Assembly (NCBI GenBank): GCA_043811855.1
Contig: JBDRMT010000026.1
Coordinates: forward strand, 1 to 53,336
Reading direction: 5' to 3'
Source of the DNA: an archaeon
Lineage (GTDB): Archaea > Nanobdellota > Nanobdellia > Pacearchaeales > GW2011-AR1
DNA length: 53,336 nt
How positions within the stretch are numbered: position 1 is the stretch's first letter; every line of letters starts with the position of its first letter. The notes below the pieces were generated by a model, which was given only the letters and a program-made list of their open reading frames with translations, searched no databases and was not told the origin of the DNA. The position numbers and the translations under genes were made by a program. Positions 24,769 to 32,956 of the stretch are shown piece after piece.

Positions 24769-25253
24769 AATCTTTCAAACTTTTTAATTTTCTCAATAAC
24801 ATCACTACTAGAATATCCCTCAATTAAATCTAAACAAATCATTTTTCCTCCATAACCTTCAATTAACTCTTTTTCCTCTCTAATTCTTTCACATAATCCT
24901 GCTCCCCCTTTTGTATGAACTTCAGGTTTAAGAGTTTTTAAAATTTCTAAAGGATTATCATCATTAAAAATAATAACATAATCAACACCTTTAATATGTC
25001 CAATTACAAATGCTCTATCTTTTTCATTATTATAAGGTTTTGGAAATCCTTTAAACTTTCTAACAGATTCATCAGAATTAATAGCAACAATAAAAATATC
25101 CCCCAACCTTGACATTTCTTTTAAAATATGAATATGTCCTTTATGAATTATATCATAGCATCCATTTGTTGTAACAATACTTTTACCTTCTTTACGAGCT
25201 TGTTCAACAATTTCTTTTAATTCTTCTAATGTCTTTAAATTACCTTGTTCCAT
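24765..25253 (-). CDS. cytidylyl/adenylyltransferase, RfaE/HldE domain II-like (heptose-1-phosphate adenylyltransferase-like)
   Basis: The motif GKSIVTTNGCYDIIHKGHIHILKE..GDIFIVAINSDESVRKFKG...HTKGG matches the HldE C-terminal domain pattern. Confidence 0.75.
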   Translation of the reverse strand: MEQGNLKTLEELKEIVEQARKEGKSIVTTNGCYDIIHKGHIHILKEMSRLGDIFIVAINSDESVRKFKGFPKPYNNEKDRAFVIGHIKGVDYVIIFNDDNPLEILKTLKPEVHTKGGAGLCERIREEKELIEGYGGKMICLDLIEGYSSSDVIEKIKKFERF

Positions 25254-25386
25254 AAATAATAATCTATAATCATATTATAAAAAGAAATCTGTTTTAGGAT
25301 ATAAGTATCTCACAAACACAACACGCGAGACTTCTCTTAACTGCCCAATAGTTTATAATTATAATAATTACTAAGAATATAAATAA

Positions 25387-25584
25387 TCAGAATTTCTTGA
25401 ACTTATTAATTATTTCTAGATTATCAACCTGTCCTAAAAAAATAGCCCTGCAACAATATCTTTCTATTCCAAGATCATCTAAAACTTCTTTAGAATCCTC
25501 ATCTTTTTCAGTTCTTTGTTTAAATTCTTCCCAAAGGTGACCTAATGGTTTTCCACAACTAAAACAACGGACCGGAATAATAAT
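25387..25584 (-). CDS. rpoN: DNA-directed RNA polymerase subunit N (Rpo10), apparent ATT start
   Basis: Not in the ORF track. Hand translation gives (I/M)IIPVRCFSCGKPLGHLWEEFKQRTEKDEDSKEVLDDLGIERYCCRAIFLGQVDNLEIINKFKKF*, a canonical RpoN sequence. The frame has an in-frame TAG 4 codons upstream of the ATT and contains no ATG, GTG or TTG. GGAG lies 6 nt before the ATT at 25584. Confidence 0.85.
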   Translation of the reverse strand: MIIPVRCFSCGKPLGHLWEEFKQRTEKDEDSKEVLDDLGIERYCCRAIFLGQVDNLEIINKFKKF

Positions 25585-25602
25585 CTTAATCTCCTATCAT
25601 AT

Positions 25603-26880
25603 CTACAATTTTAATTTATTTAGGTATATTTGTTTTGGATAATTTTTAGAGTAAACATAACCCAATCTCTCCAAAACTCCTACTTGAGCATAGACTTTTT
25701 TCTTTTTTAAAGCTTTCGATAGGTCATTATTTGTAATTCCAGGCCTATTTTTTATTAATTCAAGAATATCTTTAAATCTTTTTTCTAAATCACCTCTTTT
25801 ATAGTAGATAAGACTAGAATTATTTATTTTTTTTGAATGAATTATGTAGGAGAGTATTTTGTTCTTAAAGGCCTCTTTATTATTGGTAACGAGATTTATT
25901 CCATCATCTCTATTAAATAAATTTAATCTTTTAAGATGGGTTTTGAAGATTTCCCTCATCTGTGGGTCTTTACAAGACCACCTAAAACAAGAATCTTCTA
26001 AAAAAATATTCCCTTCAGCATCAAATAATCCTGCAAAAAATATATTGAAATTTTTGATTTTGTAGAGAAATTCATTTAAGTTTGATTCAAGATATCTAAA
26101 AAAAGAAGCTAAGATACCATTTGCTGCATGAACAGAAAAAGAAACACCCTTCTCTTTCTGTTTGATCCAATAGATTTTATCATATTTTATTATTTTAGGA
26201 ATAATTTCTTTAATACCAATATAAAGGAAGATCTCTATATCTTGATGCAATCTATGTAGATATTTTTTAGAAAAGGACAGTATGTTCTTTTCAAGATTAA
26301 CAATTCCAAATCTTTTTCCTCCTGCTTTATCTCCTACCCACAATCCAAAAAAATATAAGAAATCATCATCTATCTTAATTTTCTTTGGCAATTTAATAAT
26401 AAACTCTTTCTTTTTTTTATTTGAATGGGTTGTATAACTAACTTCTAAAAAATCTCCCTTACTCTTAACATAATTAAATTTTCTAGCTCCAAAATCAATT
26501 AATTTTTTATATGACAGAAACCACCTCTCAAGGTCAAGATACTTATCATTTAAAATTTCCTTAAATGGGGGAATATCTCTTTTCCATTCTTTTAGAGTTT
26601 CAATTCTTACTTTCCTTCCATTGTCCATGGATTTTTTAATTTGATCTCTTCTATAAAATTTAGATAATGTGTTTTTTTCTATTTCTTGCTTTGAGATAAT
26701 TTTTGTATCAACAATTTTCTTAATGGTTTTTTCAGAAATTGAAAAAACATAACCATTTTTATAAGATCTAAATGTAGAGGCAGGAATTTTAATAGAATCG
26801 CTTGCTTTTCTAGAATTTCTAAATTTAACTCTAAGATTTCCAAATACCTGTTTCATAAAATCTGGTTCTATTTCAAACAT
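25603..26880 (-). CDS. free-standing double-motif LAGLIDADG homing-endonuclease-like protein with C-terminal winged helix
   Basis: The two LAGLIDADG blocks are LYFFGLWVGDKAGG and FFAGLFDAEGNIFLE. The C-terminal ILELIKNRPGITNNDLSKALKKKKVYAQVGVLERLGYVYS resembles a wHTH. Confidence 0.7.
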   Translation of the reverse strand: MFEIEPDFMKQVFGNLRVKFRNSRKASDSIKIPASTFRSYKNGYVFSISEKTIKKIVDTKIISKQEIEKNTLSKFYRRDQIKKSMDNGRKVRIETLKEWKRDIPPFKEILNDKYLDLERWFLSYKKLIDFGARKFNYVKSKGDFLEVSYTTHSNKKKKEFIIKLPKKIKIDDDFLYFFGLWVGDKAGGKRFGIVNLEKNILSFSKKYLHRLHQDIEIFLYIGIKEIIPKIIKYDKIYWIKQKEKGVSFSVHAANGILASFFRYLESNLNEFLYKIKNFNIFFAGLFDAEGNIFLEDSCFRWSCKDPQMREIFKTHLKRLNLFNRDDGINLVTNNKEAFKNKILSYIIHSKKINNSSLIYYKRGDLEKRFKDILELIKNRPGITNNDLSKALKKKKVYAQVGVLERLGYVYSKNYPKQIYLNKLKL

Positions 26881-27010
26881 AAGGTCATTATTTTTTGATT
26901 TAATATATAATTAAGGTTGTTAAACTATATAAACTTTACCCTTAAGAAACATCAAATAGGAGTAATCATTATAGACCAACAAAAAGTTAAAAAATATAAT
27001 AAAAAATAAA

Positions 27011-27126
27011 TGAAGACAACATCATAGCTTTACTTCATTTCTGAAACTAATACTAATGACATAGCCTGCTTAACTTCTCTGTTCGGAATGGAAAGAGGTG
27101 TGACCAGACTATTGTGGTCGTCTTCA
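27011..27126 (-). rRNA. rrf: 5S ribosomal RNA
   Basis: The reverse complement begins tgaagacgaccacaatagtctggtcacacctctttccattccgaacagagaagttaagcaggc. It contains the universal 5S core CC(A/C)TTCCGAAC...GAAGTTAAGC. The ends pair as helix I (tgaagac/gtcttca). Confidence 0.8.
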
Positions 27127-27192
27127 ATAATATCTAAAACTTATGCTTTATAAACCTTTTTATACCTTCTTTTATTACCAATTTTATATCCT

Positions 27193-27276
27193 GCGGGGAT
27201 GCCGGAGTGGTCAAACGGGATTGGCTCAAAACCAATTGGCTTAGTGCCTACAGGGGTTCGAATCCTCTTCCCCGCA
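27193..27276 (+). tRNA. tRNA-Leu (CAA), class II
   Basis: The sequence is gcggggatgccggagtggtcaaacgggattggctcaaaaccaattggcttagtgcctacaggggttcgaatcctcttccccgca. The anticodon stem is attgg/ccaat with loop ctCAAaa. Confidence 0.9.
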
Positions 27277-27296
27277 TCTAATATATTTGCAGAATT

Positions 27297-27581
27297 CTAA
27301 TTTAACATACTAAAAATCCCTTTTTGTAATATTAATATGGCAATTATAATCACAATTACCTTAGGTAATGCAACAACAAGTCCAATTAAAATAAGTATTG
27401 CAAAAATAATATCCATAACACTTGCAACATCTAAACTTGCAACAAAAACCAGCCCTTTTACTAATAAAAATAAAGCTAATATTAAAACTATTCCTCCAAG
27501 AAATTCAACATGGAAAATTCCATATACCCAGAATAATATTCCTACTGCCAGGTCTAATGAACCCAATATCTTAACTATCAT
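27297..27581 (-). CDS. small membrane protein
   Basis: The 94-aa product is fully hydrophobic with 3 TM segments. It is preferred over the overlapping plus-strand ORF 27337-27591. Confidence 0.5.
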   Translation of the reverse strand: MIVKILGSLDLAVGILFWVYGIFHVEFLGGIVLILALFLLVKGLVFVASLDVASVMDIIFAILILIGLVVALPKVIVIIIAILILQKGIFSMLN

Positions 27582-27606
27582 GATTTTTTAGTATGAGAAA
27601 GTCTTT

Positions 27607-28620
27607 TTAAATACTACTATTTCCATATCTTTCTAAAACTTCTTTAGGATTAGTTGTAGCAGTTCCCATCTTCTCAACAACCAACCCTGCAATCATGTTT
27701 CCAAATCTTGCTGAATTATAAATATTCATTCCACATGCAAATCCTAATGAAACTCCTGCAGTTAAACTATCTCCTGCACCTGTATGATCTGAAACTTCTC
27801 TAGCATAAGTTTCTAACATTTTTGAATTTCCATTATCATAAATAAAAACTCCTTCTCTATCACAAGTTATTATAACATATTTTGGGTTCATTTTTTCCTG
27901 AATTTCTTTCCCAATTCTAAGTAAATCTTTTATTTCAGGAATTCCTAAACCTAACATTCCTCCTGCTTCTTTTCTGTTTGGACAAATAATAGTACAATTT
28001 TTAAAATTCTCAAAATTACCTGGTTTTAAATCAGCAATAACAGGAACATTAAATTGATTAGCTAAACTAATTATCTTTTTACTTAAACTCTCTCCATTAG
28101 AATTACTAACAAAAAATCCTTTATTATAATCAGATAAAACAATTGCATTGTAGTTTTTTATTTCCATTCTTAATATCTCTAAAAGTCTTTCTTGTAAGTT
28201 ATTAGAAATTTCAATAGGTTTGCCTTCTTCTTCATCTAATCTAAAACTATACTCTCCTTCATCATCATAAAATCTATTTTTTACAATAGTTTTTATTTCT
28301 TGGCTAAAAATAATTTTAGGATTTATCCTTTTTTCTTTTAATGTTCTTTCAATTTCCCTACCTTCAAAATCTTCTCCAACAATTCCATAAAAATCACAAT
28401 CTGAAAAAGGAGCTATATTGCTTGCAACATTTGCTCCTTGTCCTGGAATATTTTTTGAATTTTTTTTATCAGTCATACTAACCCTTAATAAAGGAACTCT
28501 TTTTTTATCAGGGTTTAATCTTTCTCTCTTACAATTGATATCTCTATCTAGCACAGCATCACCTATAACTGCAATTTTTAAACCTTTCATCTTCATAATA
28601 ATGTCTTTTAGTTCATCCAT
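27607..28620 (-). CDS. PfkB-family sugar kinase, RfaE/HldE domain I-like
   Basis: Motifs KIAVIGDAVLDR, the pfkB signature DHTGAGDSLTAG, and an overall ribokinase-like length. Confidence 0.8.
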   Translation of the reverse strand: MDELKDIIMKMKGLKIAVIGDAVLDRDINCKRERLNPDKKRVPLLRVSMTDKKNSKNIPGQGANVASNIAPFSDCDFYGIVGEDFEGREIERTLKEKRINPKIIFSQEIKTIVKNRFYDDEGEYSFRLDEEEGKPIEISNNLQERLLEILRMEIKNYNAIVLSDYNKGFFVSNSNGESLSKKIISLANQFNVPVIADLKPGNFENFKNCTIICPNRKEAGGMLGLGIPEIKDLLRIGKEIQEKMNPKYVIITCDREGVFIYDNGNSKMLETYAREVSDHTGAGDSLTAGVSLGFACGMNIYNSARFGNMIAGLVVEKMGTATTNPKEVLERYGNSSI

Positions 28621-28717
28621 TTTTTATATCTTAAACAACATGCCTTATAAAAATAATTGTGCTTGAGTTAGTAATTAAGTTATAAAAATATTAGTTTCTA
28701 AAAAATAAAAACTTAAG

Positions 28718-28999
28718 TTAATTTCCACACTTATCCTTTGGAAAAGGGCTACGTTTTTTAATATAATCCAACTTATTTTGAGAATCTTCTTTATTATCAG
28801 GAGCATAACCATGAGCGCCACTTCCCTCTCCTGAAAGTATTATACTTGATCCACTTTCTTGTTTAGGAGCATAACCATGAGCGCCACTTCCCTCTCCTGC
28901 AATTTTTCCATGTGCACCACTTCCGCTTCCAGAACATCCACTCATTAAAATAACTCCACCTGCTAATAAACTTAACAATCTACTTGTCTTTTTTCTCAT
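28718..28999 (-). CDS. putative lipoprotein with Gly/His repeats
   Basis: The signal plus lipobox-like sequence is LLAGGVILMSGC. The motifs GSGSGAHG, GEGSGAHGYAP and GEGSGAHGYAP follow. Confidence 0.55.
   Translation of the reverse strand: MRKKTSRLLSLLAGGVILMSGCSGSGSGAHGKIAGEGSGAHGYAPKQESGSSIILSGEGSGAHGYAPDNKEDSQNKLDYIKKRSPFPKDKCGN
28799..28899. repeat. exact 35-nt direct repeat (period 66 nt) inside the lipoprotein gene
   Basis: aggagcataaccatgagcgccacttccctctcctg occurs at 28799-28833 and 28865-28899. It encodes the GEGSGAHGYAP repeats. Confidence 0.9.
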
Positions 29000-29146
29000 T
29001 AAATATTAAAGTTTATAGAATTAATAAATGTTTTTATCATAAAATAAGGATATTAAAAATTAAAAATCTTTGCAAATTTAATCTATTTGTCAATAAAAAA
29101 CACAAAACACAAACATTAAAATAACCTTAATTTCTATTTTTCCTAT

Positions 29147-29222
29147 GCCCTTGTAGCTCAGTTTGGATTAGAGCACTTCTCTCCTAAGGAAGGGGTCGCA
29201 GGTTCAAGTCCTGCCAAGGGCG
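29147..29222 (+). tRNA. tRNA-Arg (CCT)
   Basis: Acceptor stem gcccttg/caagggc, D stem gctc/gagc, anticodon loop ctCCTaa, T arm gcagg-ttcaagt-cctgc. Confidence 0.9.
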
Positions 29223-29265
29223 TTCTCTCATAAAACCTTATAAACCTATTAATTTAGAAATTATT

Positions 29266-31689
29266 ATGAAAAATAAAATATATGATTGTACAGGAATTGG
29301 ATCAGCAATACTAGACATAGTCTTTGAAGTGCCTGATAGTATCTTAGACGAACTTAACTTAAATAAAGGAGAAATGCATTTAGTAGATAAAGAAAAAAGT
29401 AATGAAATCTTAGAAAAATTATCTTCTTATGAATCAAGAATAGTTCCAGGAGGGAGTGCATCAAACACTGTTGCAGGAATTAGCTTTTTAGGAGGCAAAT
29501 CAGGTTTTATTGGAAAAATAGGAAAGGATAAACATGGGGAAATATACAAAGAAGTAACTAAAAGATTTAATGTTGATAATGATTTATCAGATCATGAATC
29601 AGAATCAACAGCAATTGCAATAACTTTTATAACTCCAGATAAACAAAGAACCTTTGCAACTTATTTAGGAGCTTGTTTGCATCTAAATCAAGATAATATA
29701 AATAAAGAGAAAATAAAAAATAGTAAGATTATACATTTAGAAGGATATCAACTAGATATCCCAAACATAAAAGAAAATTTGTTAGATATTTTAAAATATG
29801 CTAAAAAAAACAAAACTCTTGTATCTCTTGATTTATCAGATTCTGCTTTAATTTTAAGGCATAAAGATTTCTTAGATAATTTATTAAAAAATTATGTTGA
29901 TATTGTTTTTGCAAATGATGATGAAGCAAAAACATTTACAAATAAAGAACCAGAACAAGCCTTAGATGAACTTTCAAATTATTGTAATACAGCAATTGTA
30001 AAACTAGGTGAAAAAGGAAGTTTAATTAAAAAAGATAATAAAATCTATAAAATACCTGCTCAAAAAGTAAAAGTTGAAAATACAAATGGTGCAGGAGATA
30101 TGTATGCTGCAGGAATATTATATGGAATTGCAAAAAATCAAGATTTAAAAAACGCAGGTAATTTAGCAAGCAATGCAGCAGCATTAGTTGTTTCAAATAA
30201 AGCCGCAAGACTTGAAGATGATCAAAAACAGATAGTAAACCTTTTAAAGGATAAATACAGTTCAGAAATACTGAAAATGGACGAAACAGAAAATTATAAG
30301 GTAAGAGACATTTCCTTAGCAGAATTTGGAAGAAAAGAAATAGAAATTGCAGAAAAAGAAATGCCTGGTTTAATGGCAATTAGAGAAAAATATGGCCCTA
30401 ATAAGCCTTTAAAAGGAGCAAGGATAACAGGAAGCTTGCATATGACAATCCAAACAGCAGTTTTAATAGGAACTTTAGTTGAATTAGGAGCAGATGTAAG
30501 ATGGGCTAGTTGTAATATTTTCTCTACTCAAGACCATGCTGCAGCTGCAATAGCAGAAACAGGAGTTCCTGTTTTTGCATGGAAAGGTGAAACACTAAAA
30601 GAATATTGGTGGTGCACTAAAAAAGCATTAGATTTTGGAGAGAGTTTAGGTCCAAATTTAATTGTAGATGATGGAGGAGATGCAACTTTAATGATTCACA
30701 AAGGAGTAGAAGTTGAAAAAAATCCTAAGTTATTAGAAAAAGATTATTCAGATGAAGGAGAAGATTTTAAAGAACTTATGCTAAGCTTAAAAGAAATTTA
30801 TCAAGAAGATAATCAAAGATGGACTAATATTGTTAAAGAAATGAAAGGAGTTTCAGAAGAAACTACCACAGGAGTTAATAGATTATACCAAATGTTAAAT
30901 GAAAACAAATTATTGTTTCCAGCAATTAATGTTAATGATTCTGTTACAAAATCTAAATTTGATAATTTATATGGATGTAGAGAAAGTTTAGCAGATGGTA
31001 TAAAAAGAGCAACAGATGTTATGATTGCAGGAAAAACAGTTGTTGTATGTGGTTATGGAGATGTAGGAAAAGGTTGTGCTCAAAGCATGAAAGGTTTTGG
31101 AGCAAGAGTTATTGTAACTGAAATTGATCCAATTTGTGCATTACAAGCAGCAATGGAAGGATATGAAGTCAAGACAATTGAAGATAGTTTAGATGAAGCA
31201 AATATTTATGTAACAACAACAGGTAATAGGGATATTATTAGGATTGAACATATGGAAAAAATGAAAGATCAAGCAATTGTTTGTAATATTGGACATTTTG
31301 ATAATGAAATACAAATGGATAAATTAGAAAAATATCCAGATATTAAAAAAATAAATATAAAATCTCAGGTTGATAAATACAAATTTCCAGATGGACATGA
31401 AATATTTATTTTAGCAGAAGGAAGATTAGTTAATCTAGGATGTGCAACAGGTCATCCAAGTTTTGTTATGAGTAATTCATTTGCAAATCAAACTCTTGCT
31501 CAAATTGATTTATGGACTAAAGATTATGAAGTTGGGGTTTACATGCTTTCAAAAGAATTAGATGAAGAAGTTGCAAGACTTCATTTAGATAAACTTGGAG
31601 TAAAACTTACAAAACTAACTCAAGAACAGGCAGACTATCTTGGAATAAAAAAAGAAAGTAATTTTAAACCAGACCATTATAGGTATTGA
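29266..31689 (+). CDS. ahcY: fusion protein: PfkB-family (adenosine/nucleoside-type) kinase plus S-adenosyl-L-homocysteine hydrolase
   Basis: The N-terminal roughly 330 aa are ribokinase-like ([20 protein letters not shown]). From about aa 343 the sequence is canonical SAHH ([33 protein letters not shown], the NAD site GYGDVGKG, and [13 protein letters not shown]). It is one uninterrupted frame. Confidence 0.85.
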   Translation: MKNKIYDCTGIGSAILDIVFEVPDSILDELNLNKGEMHLVDKEKSNEILEKLSSYESRIVPGGSASNTVAGISFLGGKSGFIGKIGKDKHGEIYKEVTKRFNVDNDLSDHESESTAIAITFITPDKQRTFATYLGACLHLNQDNINKEKIKNSKIIHLEGYQLDIPNIKENLLDILKYAKKNKTLVSLDLSDSALILRHKDFLDNLLKNYVDIVFANDDEAKTFTNKEPEQALDELSNYCNTAIVKLGEKGSLIKKDNKIYKIPAQKVKVENTNGAGDMYAAGILYGIAKNQDLKNAGNLASNAAALVVSNKAARLEDDQKQIVNLLKDKYSSEILKMDETENYKVRDISLAEFGRKEIEIAEKEMPGLMAIREKYGPNKPLKGARITGSLHMTIQTAVLIGTLVELGADVRWASCNIFSTQDHAAAAIAETGVPVFAWKGETLKEYWWCTKKALDFGESLGPNLIVDDGGDATLMIHKGVEVEKNPKLLEKDYSDEGEDFKELMLSLKEIYQEDNQRWTNIVKEMKGVSEETTTGVNRLYQMLNENKLLFPAINVNDSVTKSKFDNLYGCRESLADGIKRATDVMIAGKTVVVCGYGDVGKGCAQSMKGFGARVIVTEIDPICALQAAMEGYEVKTIEDSLDEANIYVTTTGNRDIIRIEHMEKMKDQAIVCNIGHFDNEIQMDKLEKYPDIKKINIKSQVDKYKFPDGHEIFILAEGRLVNLGCATGHPSFVMSNSFANQTLAQIDLWTKDYEVGVYMLSKELDEEVARLHLDKLGVKLTKLTQEQADYLGIKKESNFKPDHYRY

Positions 31690-31711
31690 TTATCCTTAAT
31701 TCTAAAAAGAC

Positions 31712-31723
31712 AATCTTTAAAAA
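31712..31723 (+). promoter_or_regulatory. BRE/TATA-like promoter element AATCTTTAAAAA upstream of tRNA-Gly
   Basis: The TATA centre is about 27 nt upstream of tRNA position 1. Confidence 0.45.
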
Positions 31724-31746
31724 TACACTAAAACTACTAAAAATAT

Positions 31747-31817
31747 GCGCTGGTAGTTTAGTGGTAGAATCACTGCCTTCCAAGCAGTTGGCCCGGGTTC
31801 GAGTCCCGGCCGGCGCA
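31747..31817 (+). tRNA. tRNA-Gly (TCC)
   Basis: Anticodon stem actgc/gcagt, loop ctTCCaa, T arm ccggg-ttcgagt-cccgg, and an acceptor stem with one G-U pair. Confidence 0.9.
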
Positions 31818-31884
31818 TTTAATTATAAATTTATAAGATAAAATAGTAAACTTTTAAAAACCCTGATTTTATCATTTTATTATC

Positions 31885-32955
31885 ATGTCAGAACATACAG
31901 AAGAAGAAACAGAGAAATCAGAAGAACAAGAAGATAGTTCTGAAACTAAGGAAGAAACTAGTAATTCACAAAATGAAGATTCAAGCAAACCAGAACCTAA
32001 AGAAGAACCTATTAAACATGAGTCTCATAAACCTAAAAAAGAACCAAAAGAAAAAATCCCTTTTAAAGAAAGATCAGGTAAATGGTATGATAAAAACTAC
32101 AAACTTCTTTTATTAATTCCCCTAATACTCCTTGTTTTATCTCTTGTACAATTAGGAATACAATATCAACAAACAGGAGATTTTATTAATAAAGACATAA
32201 CCTTAACAGGAGGAACTTCAATAACTATTTTTACACAAGATTCTGAGATATCTACAGTCCAACTCTCAGAGTATTTATCTTTATCTGGAAAAGTTCAAGA
32301 TTTTTCAGTAAGAGAATTATCTGATTTTAGATCAGGAAAACAAAAAGCAGTTATTATTGAATCAGTTTTAGAATCTAATGAATTAAAACCTCTTATAGAG
32401 GAATTTATAAATTATAATCTTGATTCTGAAAATTCATCTATAGAATCTACAGGTTCTTCTTTAGGAGAATCTTTTTATAATCAACTAAGATTTGCAATTT
32501 TAATCTCATTTATTTTAATGGCAGTTATAGTTTTTCTTATCTTTAGAAATATAGTACCAAGTACTGCTGTAGTTATTTCAGCATTTGCAGACATTATTAT
32601 GACTCTTGCTTTTATTGATATTTTAGGAATAAAACTTTCAACAGCAGGAATTACAGCAATTTTAATGCTTATTGGTTATTCAGTTGATAGTGATATTATG
32701 CTTACCACAAGATTATTAAAAAGACATGGAGAAATAAACAAGAACTTAAAAGGAGCTTTTAAAACAGGTATAACTATGACATTAACCTCTATTGTTGCAC
32801 TAATAGCTGCACTTTTAATAACCCAATCTTTTTCAAGTGTTTTAGAACAAATATTCACAATTTTGTTAATTGGACTTGCTTTTGACATACTTAACACTTG
32901 GATTACAAATGCTTCAATATTAAAATGGTATTTAGAAAAACATAGGAGAGAATAA
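31885..32955 (+). CDS. secF: protein-export membrane protein SecF with a roughly 65-aa acidic/Lys-rich N-terminal extension
   Basis: The C-terminal 6-TM SecF block is FAILISFILMAVIVFLIFRN...MLIGYSVDSDIMLTTRLLKR. Confidence 0.85.
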   Translation: MSEHTEEETEKSEEQEDSSETKEETSNSQNEDSSKPEPKEEPIKHESHKPKKEPKEKIPFKERSGKWYDKNYKLLLLIPLILLVLSLVQLGIQYQQTGDFINKDITLTGGTSITIFTQDSEISTVQLSEYLSLSGKVQDFSVRELSDFRSGKQKAVIIESVLESNELKPLIEEFINYNLDSENSSIESTGSSLGESFYNQLRFAILISFILMAVIVFLIFRNIVPSTAVVISAFADIIMTLAFIDILGIKLSTAGITAILMLIGYSVDSDIMLTTRLLKRHGEINKNLKGAFKTGITMTLTSIVALIAALLITQSFSSVLEQIFTILLIGLAFDILNTWITNASILKWYLEKHRRE

Positions 32956-32956
32956 A

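Noticed and set aside
27337-27591. Plus-strand 84-codon ORF overlapping 27297-27581.
   Set aside because: The minus-strand product is a coherent 3-TM membrane protein. The plus-strand product is T/I/N/K-rich low complexity typical of an antisense reading of a membrane gene.
28799-28899. Exact 35-nt direct repeats considered as a mini CRISPR-like or satellite array.
   Set aside because: There are only two exact copies. They are in frame within a signal-peptide-bearing ORF and encode a repeated peptide unit, so this is a coding tandem repeat.
29266-31689. Possibility that the kinase-SAHH fusion (and likewise 36652-38874) is just two adjacent genes.
   Set aside because: This is not fully rejected. 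As given, the sequence has no stop codon or frameshift at either junction, so both are reported as fusions with a request to verify by read mapping.
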